Positions 9,877-18,762 of a DNA stretch of 57,027 nucleotides are shown here, one piece after another (the first letter of the stretch is position 1; every line of letters starts with the position of its first letter). The notes under the pieces are model-generated. The model did no database searches, was not told the origin of the DNA, and saw only the letters and a list, made by a program, of their open reading frames with translations. A program made the translations under genes and the position numbers. This DNA is from Pirellulaceae bacterium. GTDB lineage: Bacteria; Planctomycetota; Planctomycetia; Pirellulales; Pirellulaceae. The stretch spans positions 1 through 57,027 of the forward strand of contig JBGSJB010000168.1 of assembly GCA_041742175.1 (NCBI GenBank), given 5' to 3'.

Positions 9877-11296
9877 AGCTCGCCTCGCTTAAAAAATGAT
9901 TCAATTGTGAAGCGAGTTCTTCAGTAAGGTCAAGGTTGGCAACGTGCTGTTTCGTATGGCCGCGCACACCGGTCGATGGTTGATCGATCCTAATTCCAAC
10001 GCGACCTACAACAAGTTGATCGCCCGTAAACTGCGGTAGCCCGACACAGATACGCGTTGCAAGTTGACGCGCAGTCGACTGAGTTACAGTCGACCGAGTC
10101 GCTGCCGACCGAGTTTCGGTTGAGGCGAAGGCATCGAGCGGAATCGTTGCCAAGCGATCAAGTGCCAGCTTCAAACCCCTTTGCCCAGTCGCAAGTAGTT
10201 GCTCTTCACCATCGACGACCAATTGAAACGGGATGTGCCTTGCACTCAACAATTCCGCCAGACTAGCCACAATGCGAACTCGCCAAGCCAAATGTTCGCG
10301 AGCGGCTCGCGCGTTCGCATGAATCGGTTGCGTGTGGACTTCCAGGGAAACTGTTTGACGCTGCGGGCCAGCTCGATCGCATACAACCAACGAATCCAAC
10401 CTTGCTGTCTGAGCCCAATGGATGCTGCGCAGTGAATCGCCGCGACGAAACGCACGCACTCCCAAGAAATCACCGGTGGTACCAACACGCTCGCCCACAC
10501 CTTCATCCGCTGCATTCGCTCCGCCAACGTCGAGCAGGCCGCTCAAATCACATCGCATCGGCCACACCATTACGGAAGTCACTTTGGAAAGCTTACGATG
10601 CGCGGTCCAGAGTCCAAACGGAAAAGCACAAGCAACAGACGGCGCCTCTACCGGATAGACGCCACGGTACTCTGGGCGTATCGACAATCGAAAAGTAGCT
10701 TCACACATGGGCGGAACGCAGGCCAATCCAATATCCGGCTTGCGCTCGGTTTCCGCCGAAGCATCGCCAAGCAAACCTCGTTGTTGCATCGGAGCACTTA
10801 AATAACCTTCGATCATCAGTCCCCAAAGCGGCAACGGCAAGCGATTGCGAACGGTAAGCAGTAATTGACTCGTTTCCAGCTCATTGATTTCACCAATGAC
10901 AGGTTCGAGCTTGCACTCAGCAAACCGGACGGCGAACCACGGCAACACAAGCCCCGCGACAATCATTGCGATCAAACCGGCGGCAAGCGTCCAGCCAATC
11001 GGATTTAGAAAGGCACCTACCAAGAGACTGGCAACTGCGGCAACCGCAAACCAACCGACGGGCTCTTTAAGCCAGTAAACGTAGCGATTGAACTGCGGAC
11101 AAAAATCGGTTTTTAGCAACCAAGCCGCGAAGGATCGCTCTCGCGAAGCGACCACAAGGTCTTCCACCGCCTGCGAGTTTGCGTTCATGAACGCGTCGCG
11201 TATTACAACAGTTGCAGAGGAATCTGTGTTTGATTCGGCAATCTGTTTTGGTTCAGCAATTTGGTTTGTAGGGGGCTTCGTTAAGACTGCAGACAT
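9857..11296 (-). CDS. DUF58 domain protein
   Basis: TM pair; RGVY, FPFGL, GDFLGVRAFRRGDSLRSIHWAQTAR; overlaps the downstream gene. Confidence 0.85.
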   Translation of the reverse strand: MSAVLTKPPTNQIAEPKQIAESNTDSSATVVIRDAFMNANSQAVEDLVVASRERSFAAWLLKTDFCPQFNRYVYWLKEPVGWFAVAAVASLLVGAFLNPIGWTLAAGLIAMIVAGLVLPWFAVRFAECKLEPVIGEINELETSQLLLTVRNRLPLPLWGLMIEGYLSAPMQQRGLLGDASAETERKPDIGLACVPPMCEATFRLSIRPEYRGVYPVEAPSVACAFPFGLWTAHRKLSKVTSVMVWPMRCDLSGLLDVGGANAADEGVGERVGTTGDFLGVRAFRRGDSLRSIHWAQTARLDSLVVCDRAGPQRQTVSLEVHTQPIHANARAAREHLAWRVRIVASLAELLSARHIPFQLVVDGEEQLLATGQRGLKLALDRLATIPLDAFASTETRSAATRSTVTQSTARQLATRICVGLPQFTGDQLVVGRVGIRIDQPSTGVRGHTKQHVANLDLTEELASQLNHFLSEASYACFAA

Positions 11297-11564
11297 AGCG
11301 TTGCTTCACATAAGCGAATCGTGATCGACGATGACACTTTACTTGCGTTGAGCAGAACCTAACGATGTCACTCGAGTTGAGAGCGGTGCAAGGTCGCTTC
11401 GACCAACCGACAAACTGCGATGACAACATGTAAAGACTGCGCAAGGACCGGTGTAGTTCTGAACTTCGTCTCTCAAGACTTGCGCGTAATCAGCCCGCGC
11501 GTGATACAGCGAGCTTCTGTCGGACTACTCCGTACGCAAGTTGCAGACAAGCAACAGAACTGAA

Positions 11565-11981
11565 CTAAGCCGGCGGTCCGCGCTGAGAAAGCGCCGAAGA
11601 AAATTCTTGACCTAGCGAAAGCGTAACGACCGAGTCGGTTACCCAATCCGCAAGGACTTCGAAAGCCGGAGGAAGAACCGCATCGCACACGACTGCGAAC
11701 CGACAAATCAACGCACCCCGGCAAATCGTACAGCGATCACAATCATGGGCAGGCGCAGGCAGCGAACTTTCGCCTTCCGCCGGTTTCTGAGTACAAGCAT
11801 GACTGTGACAGCTGCAACTCCGCGGATTGCCGACATCTGTTGCCGAAGTCTCGGAAGACTGTGTAGCTGGCGAGCAAGATGCAACTGGCGAGCAATTTGC
11901 TGAATGCACGGCAATTACTGCATCACTCACTAGGAGCGAGGCAATTGCCAAGCATGTCAAAATTGTTCGCAGGTAAAGCAT
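11565..11981 (-). CDS. DUF2946-like Cys/His-rich protein ending in RGPP (putative arrest/leader peptide)
   Basis: N-terminal hydrophobic segment; CSCHSHAC; HDCDRCTIC; C-terminal RGPPA then stop. Confidence 0.7.
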   Translation of the reverse strand: MLYLRTILTCLAIASLLVSDAVIAVHSANCSPVASCSPATQSSETSATDVGNPRSCSCHSHACTQKPAEGESSLPAPAHDCDRCTICRGALICRFAVVCDAVLPPAFEVLADWVTDSVVTLSLGQEFSSALSQRGPPA

Positions 11982-12141
11982 AGGTACTCAAATAGTAACT
12001 CAAGAACGCCAACTCGTCTGCTACGACTTAGCCGAACAAAAAGTTCACTTTTCAATTAGTATCAAAATCGGCGTACTTTTCAACAGCGCAGGCTCCAGAA
12101 TGCAGCACGAAGCATTTTTCTCTGGGGCAGCAGCTAAAAAT

Positions 12142-13938
12142 TTAACCTGCGAAACCCATTAACCGATGAAGTTGAACCCAAAATAGTTGATGCCCACACG
12201 CCATTGCGAAAATGAACAGCGTGATTGGCCTCGATTGCAGCCAGCCGAAAAGTGGCAACAAGTACGCGACGAGAACTGGCAAAAGCAACAGCGCAACTGT
12301 TAGGGCGGCTTGCGGGCCGAGTGTCAGTCCAAGAAACGCCATAGCAAAACCGGCATCTGATACTCTAGTCGGCGCGACGGCCGGTTGTCCATACTTGGAG
12401 CTTCGGTCGCTGGCCACCGGCAACACAGTCGAAGTTGTGATCGCCGAGTCAGTAGCCATTGCCACTTCCGCATTTTCTGCGTTTTGCGCATCTACTAGAA
12501 TTCTTGCAACGACTACCGCTTCGTTACGGATGTCTGTGACCAATGTAGAGTCGCCTGCGACTTTCAGCTCGACTTTGCGCTCGACCGGCAAAAGCAACTG
12601 AAAAACGCCCCCAATGCAACTACCGACAATCAGGCCGACAAAACAAGTTGCAAAAGCGGGGACATACGCAGCCGAAACGGGACGCAGCGCAGGGATCCCA
12701 ATCGACAACGTACCGAATGCAACAACTAAGAAAATCGCTGCCCGCCGAGGAAGCCGAAACCCGTCAACATTGATCATCGCAACAACGAGCAACAGGCTGA
12801 GCATCACGCAGTGATAAAGATACAGCCCAAGTAAATCCCACTTGGTGTAGAGAAGTATCCACACAACTCCCCGATACGAATTGGGCATGCGAACGGGAAC
12901 GTTGTCACCGCCGGAGAGTAATTCGACATAGTAAAGCGTAATAAATATCGCTGCCACGATCGCTTCAATGATCGGATAACGAGCTGAGATGGGAGCGCTG
13001 CAGGTGCGACATCTTCCGCTTAACAGGATCCAACCAAGTACAGGAATGTTATCTTTGCCCTGGATTCGCGTTCCACAACTCGCACAGCTCGACGGCGGCC
13101 ACAGCAATGGCTGGCCGCGCGGAACACGATAGATCACCACGTTGAGGAAACTTCCGATGGTTCCACCGAGGGCCAAGAACGTGAGCATCACCACCCCAGT
13201 GACGCTATGCAATCGCATCTTCTCGGCAAGCGTCATGTCTTCGAGGACTCGACCCGACTTGGGCGGTGTCATTCGCTCCACCGCGTACTCGATGGACGGG
13301 ACAACGACCATATACACAACCACGAGCGACAGGATTAACAGTAAAGCCCACTTGAGCCCACGCCGTGTATTGGGATTCGCATCCGCGCTGGGACTTGCGC
13401 TTTCTTGCAATTCGCCGGAGCCGTCGCTGCCACCGGAGACGAGCGGAAGCTGTGCAAGCGGAAGCTGTCCTGGTTCCTCGCTAGCGGCCGGCCGATTCAA
13501 GTCCATACTGATGCTCTGCTTACCTGTCTGGTTCTGACGTGGTCGTGCCGCGTCAGGGTGTTCTCGTCTTAAAATCAATTCGCTTGCAAGGAGAATCGCT
13601 GACAATGTCCACCAACTGAAGATCGCCTCCTCTTTTGGAATGGCCAATCGTAGCTGCGGCCCAGTCGCCTGCCAAGCTAGTGCACAGACCAGAATGATCG
13701 AGACGGATGTAAACCAAGCACTGCGATGCGTGAATAAACTGCATTGGCGCAGCAGGATCCAGCCGCTTGTCAGCCAACACACCAAAGCCAATCCCGGGTA
13801 AGAGGGTTGGTGCGCAAGCGCCAAGCTCCACCACGCTAGCGCACAACAGGCGTGGATTGAAATCAGCTGATGAGCATACTCGCTCCACAGCCCTGAGCGA
13901 CTGCTTTCACAAAGAACCTGCGAATCCTCGGGAATCAC
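12142..13938 (-). CDS. Prepilin peptidase A24-like protein with N-terminal extra TMs; catalytic motifs degenerate
   Basis: GSFLNVVIYRVP..S.CASC...NIPVLGW..L.GRCRTC..PIS.RYP is the Peptidase_A24 N-terminal Cys4 domain. IDxD appears as INVD and no GxGD is visible. Confidence 0.75.
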   Translation of the reverse strand: MIPEDSQVLCESSRSGLWSEYAHQLISIHACCALAWWSLALAHQPSYPGLALVCWLTSGWILLRQCSLFTHRSAWFTSVSIILVCALAWQATGPQLRLAIPKEEAIFSWWTLSAILLASELILRREHPDAARPRQNQTGKQSISMDLNRPAASEEPGQLPLAQLPLVSGGSDGSGELQESASPSADANPNTRRGLKWALLLILSLVVVYMVVVPSIEYAVERMTPPKSGRVLEDMTLAEKMRLHSVTGVVMLTFLALGGTIGSFLNVVIYRVPRGQPLLWPPSSCASCGTRIQGKDNIPVLGWILLSGRCRTCSAPISARYPIIEAIVAAIFITLYYVELLSGGDNVPVRMPNSYRGVVWILLYTKWDLLGLYLYHCVMLSLLLVVAMINVDGFRLPRRAAIFLVVAFGTLSIGIPALRPVSAAYVPAFATCFVGLIVGSCIGGVFQLLLPVERKVELKVAGDSTLVTDIRNEAVVVARILVDAQNAENAEVAMATDSAITTSTVLPVASDRSSKYGQPAVAPTRVSDAGFAMAFLGLTLGPQAALTVALLLLPVLVAYLLPLFGWLQSRPITLFIFAMACGHQLFWVQLHRLMGFAG

Positions 13939-14408
13939 TTTGGCGCGTGCTTTTCTAGCGAGACCATCGCAGCATCAATGTCACCTGCGACGTCTTTGTA
14001 AGCCATCTCGTCGCCACCGTGCATCATCTCGTCGAGCTTCCCGAAAGCTTCGAAAAGCGATTCAATAGCTGCCACTACTGCGACCTGATCTGCTTCAGCC
14101 ATATCCGAGGTCTGTGCAAGTTTCTGCAGCGACTCAAGCGTATGGCCGATTTCATGCAAGTCGTGGTGAGCGCTTTCCGGATCGGATTTCTCGAACGCCG
14201 ACTGAATATTGGCCTTCATCGTCGCTAGACTGCTTAGGCCTTCTGCAAAGGTCGCCGGAGCGTGGTGACCTTCTGAGCTTGTATCTCCCGACGCCGTCGG
14301 GGCTGTTGAGTCCGGGGCCGGTTTGCAACCGACGATGCTTAGCGCAATGTAAAGAAGCGCGGTTGTTTGTAGTATCGAATACATTAAGGAAGTCCTACGA
14401 ATCATCAT
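13935..14408 (-). CDS. Hypothetical His-rich lipoprotein (helical bundle)
   Basis: Lipobox IVGC; [20 protein letters not shown]; ATGA overlaps with both neighbours. Confidence 0.7.
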   Translation of the reverse strand: MMIRRTSLMYSILQTTALLYIALSIVGCKPAPDSTAPTASGDTSSEGHHAPATFAEGLSSLATMKANIQSAFEKSDPESAHHDLHEIGHTLESLQKLAQTSDMAEADQVAVVAAIESLFEAFGKLDEMMHGGDEMAYKDVAGDIDAAMVSLEKHAPK

Positions 14409-15607
14409 TCAGTCTCCAAAAGTTGTTCAGGAAAGGGATCGTCGAATACTGACCACACCGCAGGTCCGCATTCGAATTCTTCGTCGGTCAGCAGACAGTT
14501 ATTTAGCTCAAACTCGAGCAGCGAGCGCTGCATTTCGATCCCGATAAAAACCAATTCTTGGCGACGATCGCCATACTGGCCTGAAAAGTCTTTGCGAATC
14601 TCAGCGCATTCATCATCGTCTTCTGGCCAATCCTCCGGCGAAACATCCGCCCACCAGACCCCTTCAGGTTGCAGCTTGATTGAGCATCCCGCTTGCGACC
14701 ACAGGAAGACATCGTCGTGACGCGTTGCGATCCACGCAAAACCTTTGCTTCGCAACACTCCTGCCATCGCGCCGCTAGAAAACAACTGAAACAATCTCTC
14801 CGGATGGAACGGCCGACGCGCGCGGTAGACAAAACTGCTGATGCCATACTCGTCAGACTCGCTAGTCTCTTTGCCTCGCGGTTGCTTCATCCAACCACGC
14901 ATCTCTTCGGCTTGCTCCATGTCGAATAGGCCGGTGTTGAGAATCTCTTTCAATTCCACTCGGCTGTGATCGGATCGCAACAGTTTTGCCGTCGGATTGA
15001 GTTTTCGAATAATCCGCTCGAGTGCATCCACTTGTTCTGACGAAACAAAATCCAGCTTGTTGATCACAACGACATTGGCAAACTCAATCTGCTCCGTCAG
15101 CAGATCTACTAAGTTACGATCGTCTTGATCGCTCAACTCCATACCGCGATCCTTCAGCGCATCGCTGGAACCATACTCAGTCAAGAAGTTCGCCGCATCG
15201 ATGACGGTCACCATCGTGTCCAGTTGAGCAAGATCTCCCAAGCATCGCCCCTCTTCGTCTTCGAATGCGAACGTCTCCGCAACCGGCATCGGTTCGCTGA
15301 TTCCGGTTGATTCGATCAATAGGTAATCGAAGCGTTGTTGATCGGCCAGCTTGGCAACTTCGACCAGCAGGTCTTCGCGCAACGTGCAGCAGATGCAGCC
15401 GTTGGTCATCTCAACCAGTTGCTCTTCGCTACGACTCAAAGCTGCATCGCCACCCCTGACAAGCGCGGCATCAATGTTGACTTCGCTCATGTCATTCACA
15501 ATCACCGCTGCTCGCAAGCCTTCACGATTGGCTAGCACATGATTGAGCAACGTTGTCTTCCCCGCTCCAAGAAAACCAGACAGCACTGTCACGGGCAGTT
15601 TTCGCAT
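14405..15607 (-). CDS. COG0523 (CobW/YciC/ZigA-type) zinc metallochaperone GTPase
   Basis: [19 protein letters not shown] (CxCC), ESTG, NKLD; CobW_C motifs [21 protein letters not shown]. Confidence 0.92.
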   Translation of the reverse strand: MRKLPVTVLSGFLGAGKTTLLNHVLANREGLRAAVIVNDMSEVNIDAALVRGGDAALSRSEEQLVEMTNGCICCTLREDLLVEVAKLADQQRFDYLLIESTGISEPMPVAETFAFEDEEGRCLGDLAQLDTMVTVIDAANFLTEYGSSDALKDRGMELSDQDDRNLVDLLTEQIEFANVVVINKLDFVSSEQVDALERIIRKLNPTAKLLRSDHSRVELKEILNTGLFDMEQAEEMRGWMKQPRGKETSESDEYGISSFVYRARRPFHPERLFQLFSSGAMAGVLRSKGFAWIATRHDDVFLWSQAGCSIKLQPEGVWWADVSPEDWPEDDDECAEIRKDFSGQYGDRRQELVFIGIEMQRSLLEFELNNCLLTDEEFECGPAVWSVFDDPFPEQLLETE

Positions 15608-15654
15608 GGCGCTCTCTTCGTCGTTGATTTCTTTGCGTTTGAAAGTTGTGACTG

Positions 15655-15707
15655 ATCATGCCCGAAATGCAAATCGCTGTCAATATGGGTATGCACTTGT
15701 TATGCAT
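15655..15707 (-). promoter_or_regulatory. Sigma70 promoter (TTGACA-N17-CATGAT) with two Fur/Zur-like boxes, one overlapping the -35
   Basis: -35 at 15678-15683 and -10 at 15655-15660. Boxes are AATGCAAATCGCTGTCAAT (15666-15684) and the palindrome ATGCA-N7-TGCAT (15691-15707). Confidence 0.5.
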
Positions 15708-15711
15708 CTGC

Positions 15712-15745
15712 AAATGCAGCGGGTTATCGTAGCAGATAACCGCTT
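15712..15745. terminator. Palindrome, possible terminator or operator
   Basis: GCGGGTTATC-GTAGCA-GATAACCGC followed by TTT. Confidence 0.35.
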
Positions 15746-15759
15746 TATAAAGGTCGACA

Positions 15760-16065
15760 AATTTAGAACGGTAGGCCGGCGCGCCAGAGCGGATTTGTGG
15801 GCCGGTCGCACACAAGACTTCGACCTGCATCACTTCGGCCATCGCCTCGCGATTCATTGGTCGCTTCGCCTTGTCCAGTACCGCTGGCCACAGCTTCGAT
15901 CTGGCTTATCTACTTATCCGCTGGTTCGATTCCTTCGCGGTCGCTTTGGCTGTAGTGCCCTTGCTGGCGGCTTTGGCGTTAGGCAATGGCCTTGGTAGCC
16001 AAGTTCATGGCCGCTTGTTTTGCGATCTGCGTTTTCACGTTTGCGCCGTTGCCAATGTCCGTCAC
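15760..16065 (-). pseudogene. Decayed winged-HTH (HARE-HTH-like) gene remnant
   Basis: A K/A-rich stretch is followed by ISQIEAVA / AVLDKAKRPMNREAMAEVM in different frames, with in-frame stops. Confidence 0.4.
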
Positions 16066-16176
16066 ACAGTTACTACTGAAGAGAAACCGCATCCAGCCGA
16101 TTCATGGCAGATTTAGAGAACTTTCTTTGTCGGCCAACGGGCTTGTGCGCTACGAGTCGCCGTTAGAAAAGAACGC

Positions 16177-16479
16177 TTAGTCAAGACCTGCAATTATCCG
16201 GTCGAGCTTTCGATCCGATAACTCAGCAAGCCGTCGAAAGACTTCAGGGCGAGCGATTACGCGAAGGCGGATGTGCTCTGGTACTTTACCAGCGAGCAGC
16301 AACAACTCATCTTCGTCGCCGCCGAGTTCGAATGCTAAGGACTGATGCAATCTTTCAGAAGGGCTGTGCCCATCTTCTAACTTATGATTTTCGATCTTTG
16401 AAAGATACGTGAAACCAACGTCCACGCGAGACGCGAGTTCACGCAGCGAAAGCGTTTTTACTGTTGCCGCTCTTGCCAA
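16177..16479 (-). CDS. XRE family HTH regulator, N-terminus apparently eroded
   Basis: LSLRELASRVDVGFTYLSKIEN...PSE..ELLLLAGKVP; TTG start and no typical first helix. Confidence 0.65.
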   Translation of the reverse strand: MARAATVKTLSLRELASRVDVGFTYLSKIENHKLEDGHSPSERLHQSLAFELGGDEDELLLLAGKVPEHIRLRVIARPEVFRRLAELSDRKLDRIIAGLD

Positions 16480-16892
16480 ACTTGGCGAACTACAAAGCGA
16501 CCGTTTTCCGTGACTTGCAAGACTTCGCCGACCGGAGACTAGCTAGAAGCACAGAAGTGGGTAATCTCTTTTGACGCAATGTGGCTAGTTGCAAATGGCA
16601 ATCGCTGCATGCTAGGCTCTCGCATTCGCTCTCCGTGCATTGCGGACATTGCGGATCGGTGACTTGCTTAGTAGCGGAAGACGTGCAGTTACGCGTCGCA
16701 CAATCGCTGGGTGCGGTCGAAGAGATTCTGTTCCGAGGCATATGCTACAACTTCCTCGATGTTTCTCTGACCCGCTAAAATCTAGCTCAGCTCAGCGACT
16801 GGTGTTGTCCAGTTGCGAAGGCCACTTGCAGTTCTTAGTCGACGCGCCCGAACAAAGCCACCGCATCAGCGCGATCCACTGGAGGTTGAACT

Positions 16893-17750
16893 ATGACCGT
16901 ATTGATCAAGACCTTTTACGACTCGCGAATGTCCTGCCCCAGCGGCGGTTATTCCCCATCAGGTGAAAAACCATCCGCGGTTGTTGCCGACTGGTTGGAG
17001 CACAAGTTGATCGAAGTCGTTGAATTCGCTCCAGCAACAGATGACGATCTGACGTTAGCTCATGCACCCGGTTATGTGCACGGAATCTTCGCTGGAGAGA
17101 TTGAAAATGGTCATGGCAATTTGATTCCCGAAGTCGCCGAGTCAACACGCTGGACAGTCGGATCCATGGTCGCTGCGGCACGGGCTGCCTACGAAATCGA
17201 ACAAATCACCTGCTCGCCTTCCAGCGGCTTTCATCACGCGCATTACAACCACAATCATGGCTTTTGCACGTTCAATGGTTTGATCGTAGCAGCAACAAAA
17301 GTCATTGAAGAATTTGAGCTCGATGCAGTGGGGATACTAGACTGCGATTGGCATCATGGTGACGGGACGCAAGATATTATTAATCAGTTGTCACTCAGCG
17401 AACGCGTCAAGCATTTTTCCTCAGGTGCACGATGGTTGAAGACTACTTCAGCGTACTTCGAGTGGCTCAAGTCTGCGGTTGACGAATTGGTTGCGATGGA
17501 CGTTGGTTTGATTCTCTATCAAGCCGGCGCGGACGCTCATCGCAACGACCCCTTAGGCGGCTTGCTAACCGATCGTGAGCTCTTCGAACGCGATCAGTTT
17601 GTTTTTGAACAGTTGAGCAAACACTGCATTCCAGTCGCCTGGAACCTAGCCGGCGGCTATCAACGCGACGAGCGAGGTTGTATCGACAAAGTCCTAGCCA
17701 TCCACCGCCAAACCATGCTCGCCGCACATGCAACGCAAAGCGCGCGGTAA
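16893..17750 (+). CDS. Histone deacetylase family (acetylpolyamine/acetoin utilisation-like) Zn hydrolase
   Basis: GFHHA, GFCTFNG, DCDWHHGDGT, QAGAD, LAGGY; GGAGG RBS. Confidence 0.9.
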   Translation: MTVLIKTFYDSRMSCPSGGYSPSGEKPSAVVADWLEHKLIEVVEFAPATDDDLTLAHAPGYVHGIFAGEIENGHGNLIPEVAESTRWTVGSMVAAARAAYEIEQITCSPSSGFHHAHYNHNHGFCTFNGLIVAATKVIEEFELDAVGILDCDWHHGDGTQDIINQLSLSERVKHFSSGARWLKTTSAYFEWLKSAVDELVAMDVGLILYQAGADAHRNDPLGGLLTDRELFERDQFVFEQLSKHCIPVAWNLAGGYQRDERGCIDKVLAIHRQTMLAAHATQSAR

Positions 17751-17767
17751 TGCCGGTGTAACTCCAC

Positions 17768-17838
17768 GTAGGTCGGACATTCCTGTCCGACCAGTAACAA
17801 CCAAACGCTGATCGACCGGACACGAATGTCCGGTCTAC
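17768..17838. repeat. Inverted pair of GTAG-family REP elements
   Basis: GTAGGTCGGACATTCCTGTCCGAC (17768-17791) and GACCGGACACGAATGTCCGGTCTAC (17814-17838). Confidence 0.8.
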
Positions 17839-17849
17839 CACGAAGTTAG

Positions 17850-18539
17850 GTGAGTTTAATAATGAACGTTCAGCCGAGTTCGTTCAACCTTTCCGCACCG
17901 CCTGGTTTTCGCGGAATGCACCCAGACATACCGCTGGAAATCTATCATCGAAAGTTGCCTCATTGGCGTCAGGCCGGCGCCACCTACTTTGTCACCTTTC
18001 GGTTGGCAGATTCAATCCCGCAAGACAAACTGCAGCAACTCAAAGAGCATCGTCGCCGCTGGGAGCAGACTCACCCTGAACCGAGATCGGAACAGCTTTG
18101 GCATGCCTACGCACGTGAGATTACTGAGAAAACAGAGCGTTGGCTGGACGAAGGCTACGGAGAATGTCACTTTCGTCAGGCGATAAACGCGAAGCTGTTG
18201 GCCGCAGGTTTGCGCAACTACCAAGACACAAAATGCCGTACATCGAGTCTGGTAGTGATGCCAAATCATGCTCATGCTGTCATGAAACCGTACGCTGGAT
18301 TTAAGCTGGAGGCTATCTTGCACGTGATCAAGGGCTATGTATCGCACCAAGTCGGCCAAGGTAGCATCTGGGAGCCGGAAAGCTATGATCGAATCATCCG
18401 CGATGAAGAACATTTGTATCGAATCATCCAGTACATCGGCCGAAACGGCGCACGTGCTGGTTTGCCAGCGGACGAGTTTCTACGCTGGATCCATCCAGAA
18501 TGGACAGAAGCTGGCTGGCAGTTCCAGGACCAATCGTAA
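17850..18539 (+). mobile_element. REP-associated tyrosine transposase (RAYT, Y1 HUH)
   Basis: LPHWRQ..ATYFVTFRLADS, VVMPNHAH (HUH), W..ESYDRIIRD...YI..N; flanked by REPs. Confidence 0.85.
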
Positions 18540-18585
18540 TTTCACAATCAAGACTTAAGCTGCTCGGTACTCAAAACCGCTGATG

Positions 18586-18610
18586 GACCGGACAGGAATG
18601 TCCGGTCTAC
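18586..18610 (-). repeat. GTAG-family REP element
   Basis: GACCGGACAGGAATGTCCGGTCTAC, near-identical to 17814-17838 including the preceding CGCTGAT. Confidence 0.8.
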
Positions 18611-18762
18611 CGTGTATATGTAACCAGCAAAGCGCCCGGCATTGGCGATGGCCAGGTCGTACTAGAGTACGAGCTAATTGGTCGGTTTAAAGTGAAGAGT
18701 TTTATCGGGCTTAGAGAATTGAACGTAAGCGCGCGGTGCCTTGTCCACTTTCATGCAAGTGA

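Noticed and set aside
13442-13468. 15-bp-period repeat (QLPLAQLPL) in the prepilin-peptidase-like gene
   Set aside because: Short in-frame linker duplication.
16490-16778. Cys-rich 83-aa minus ORF and plus ORF containing EEILFRG (CAAX-protease-like word)
   Set aside because: No supporting TM pattern or further motifs; lies in a decayed region and is likely chance or a remnant.
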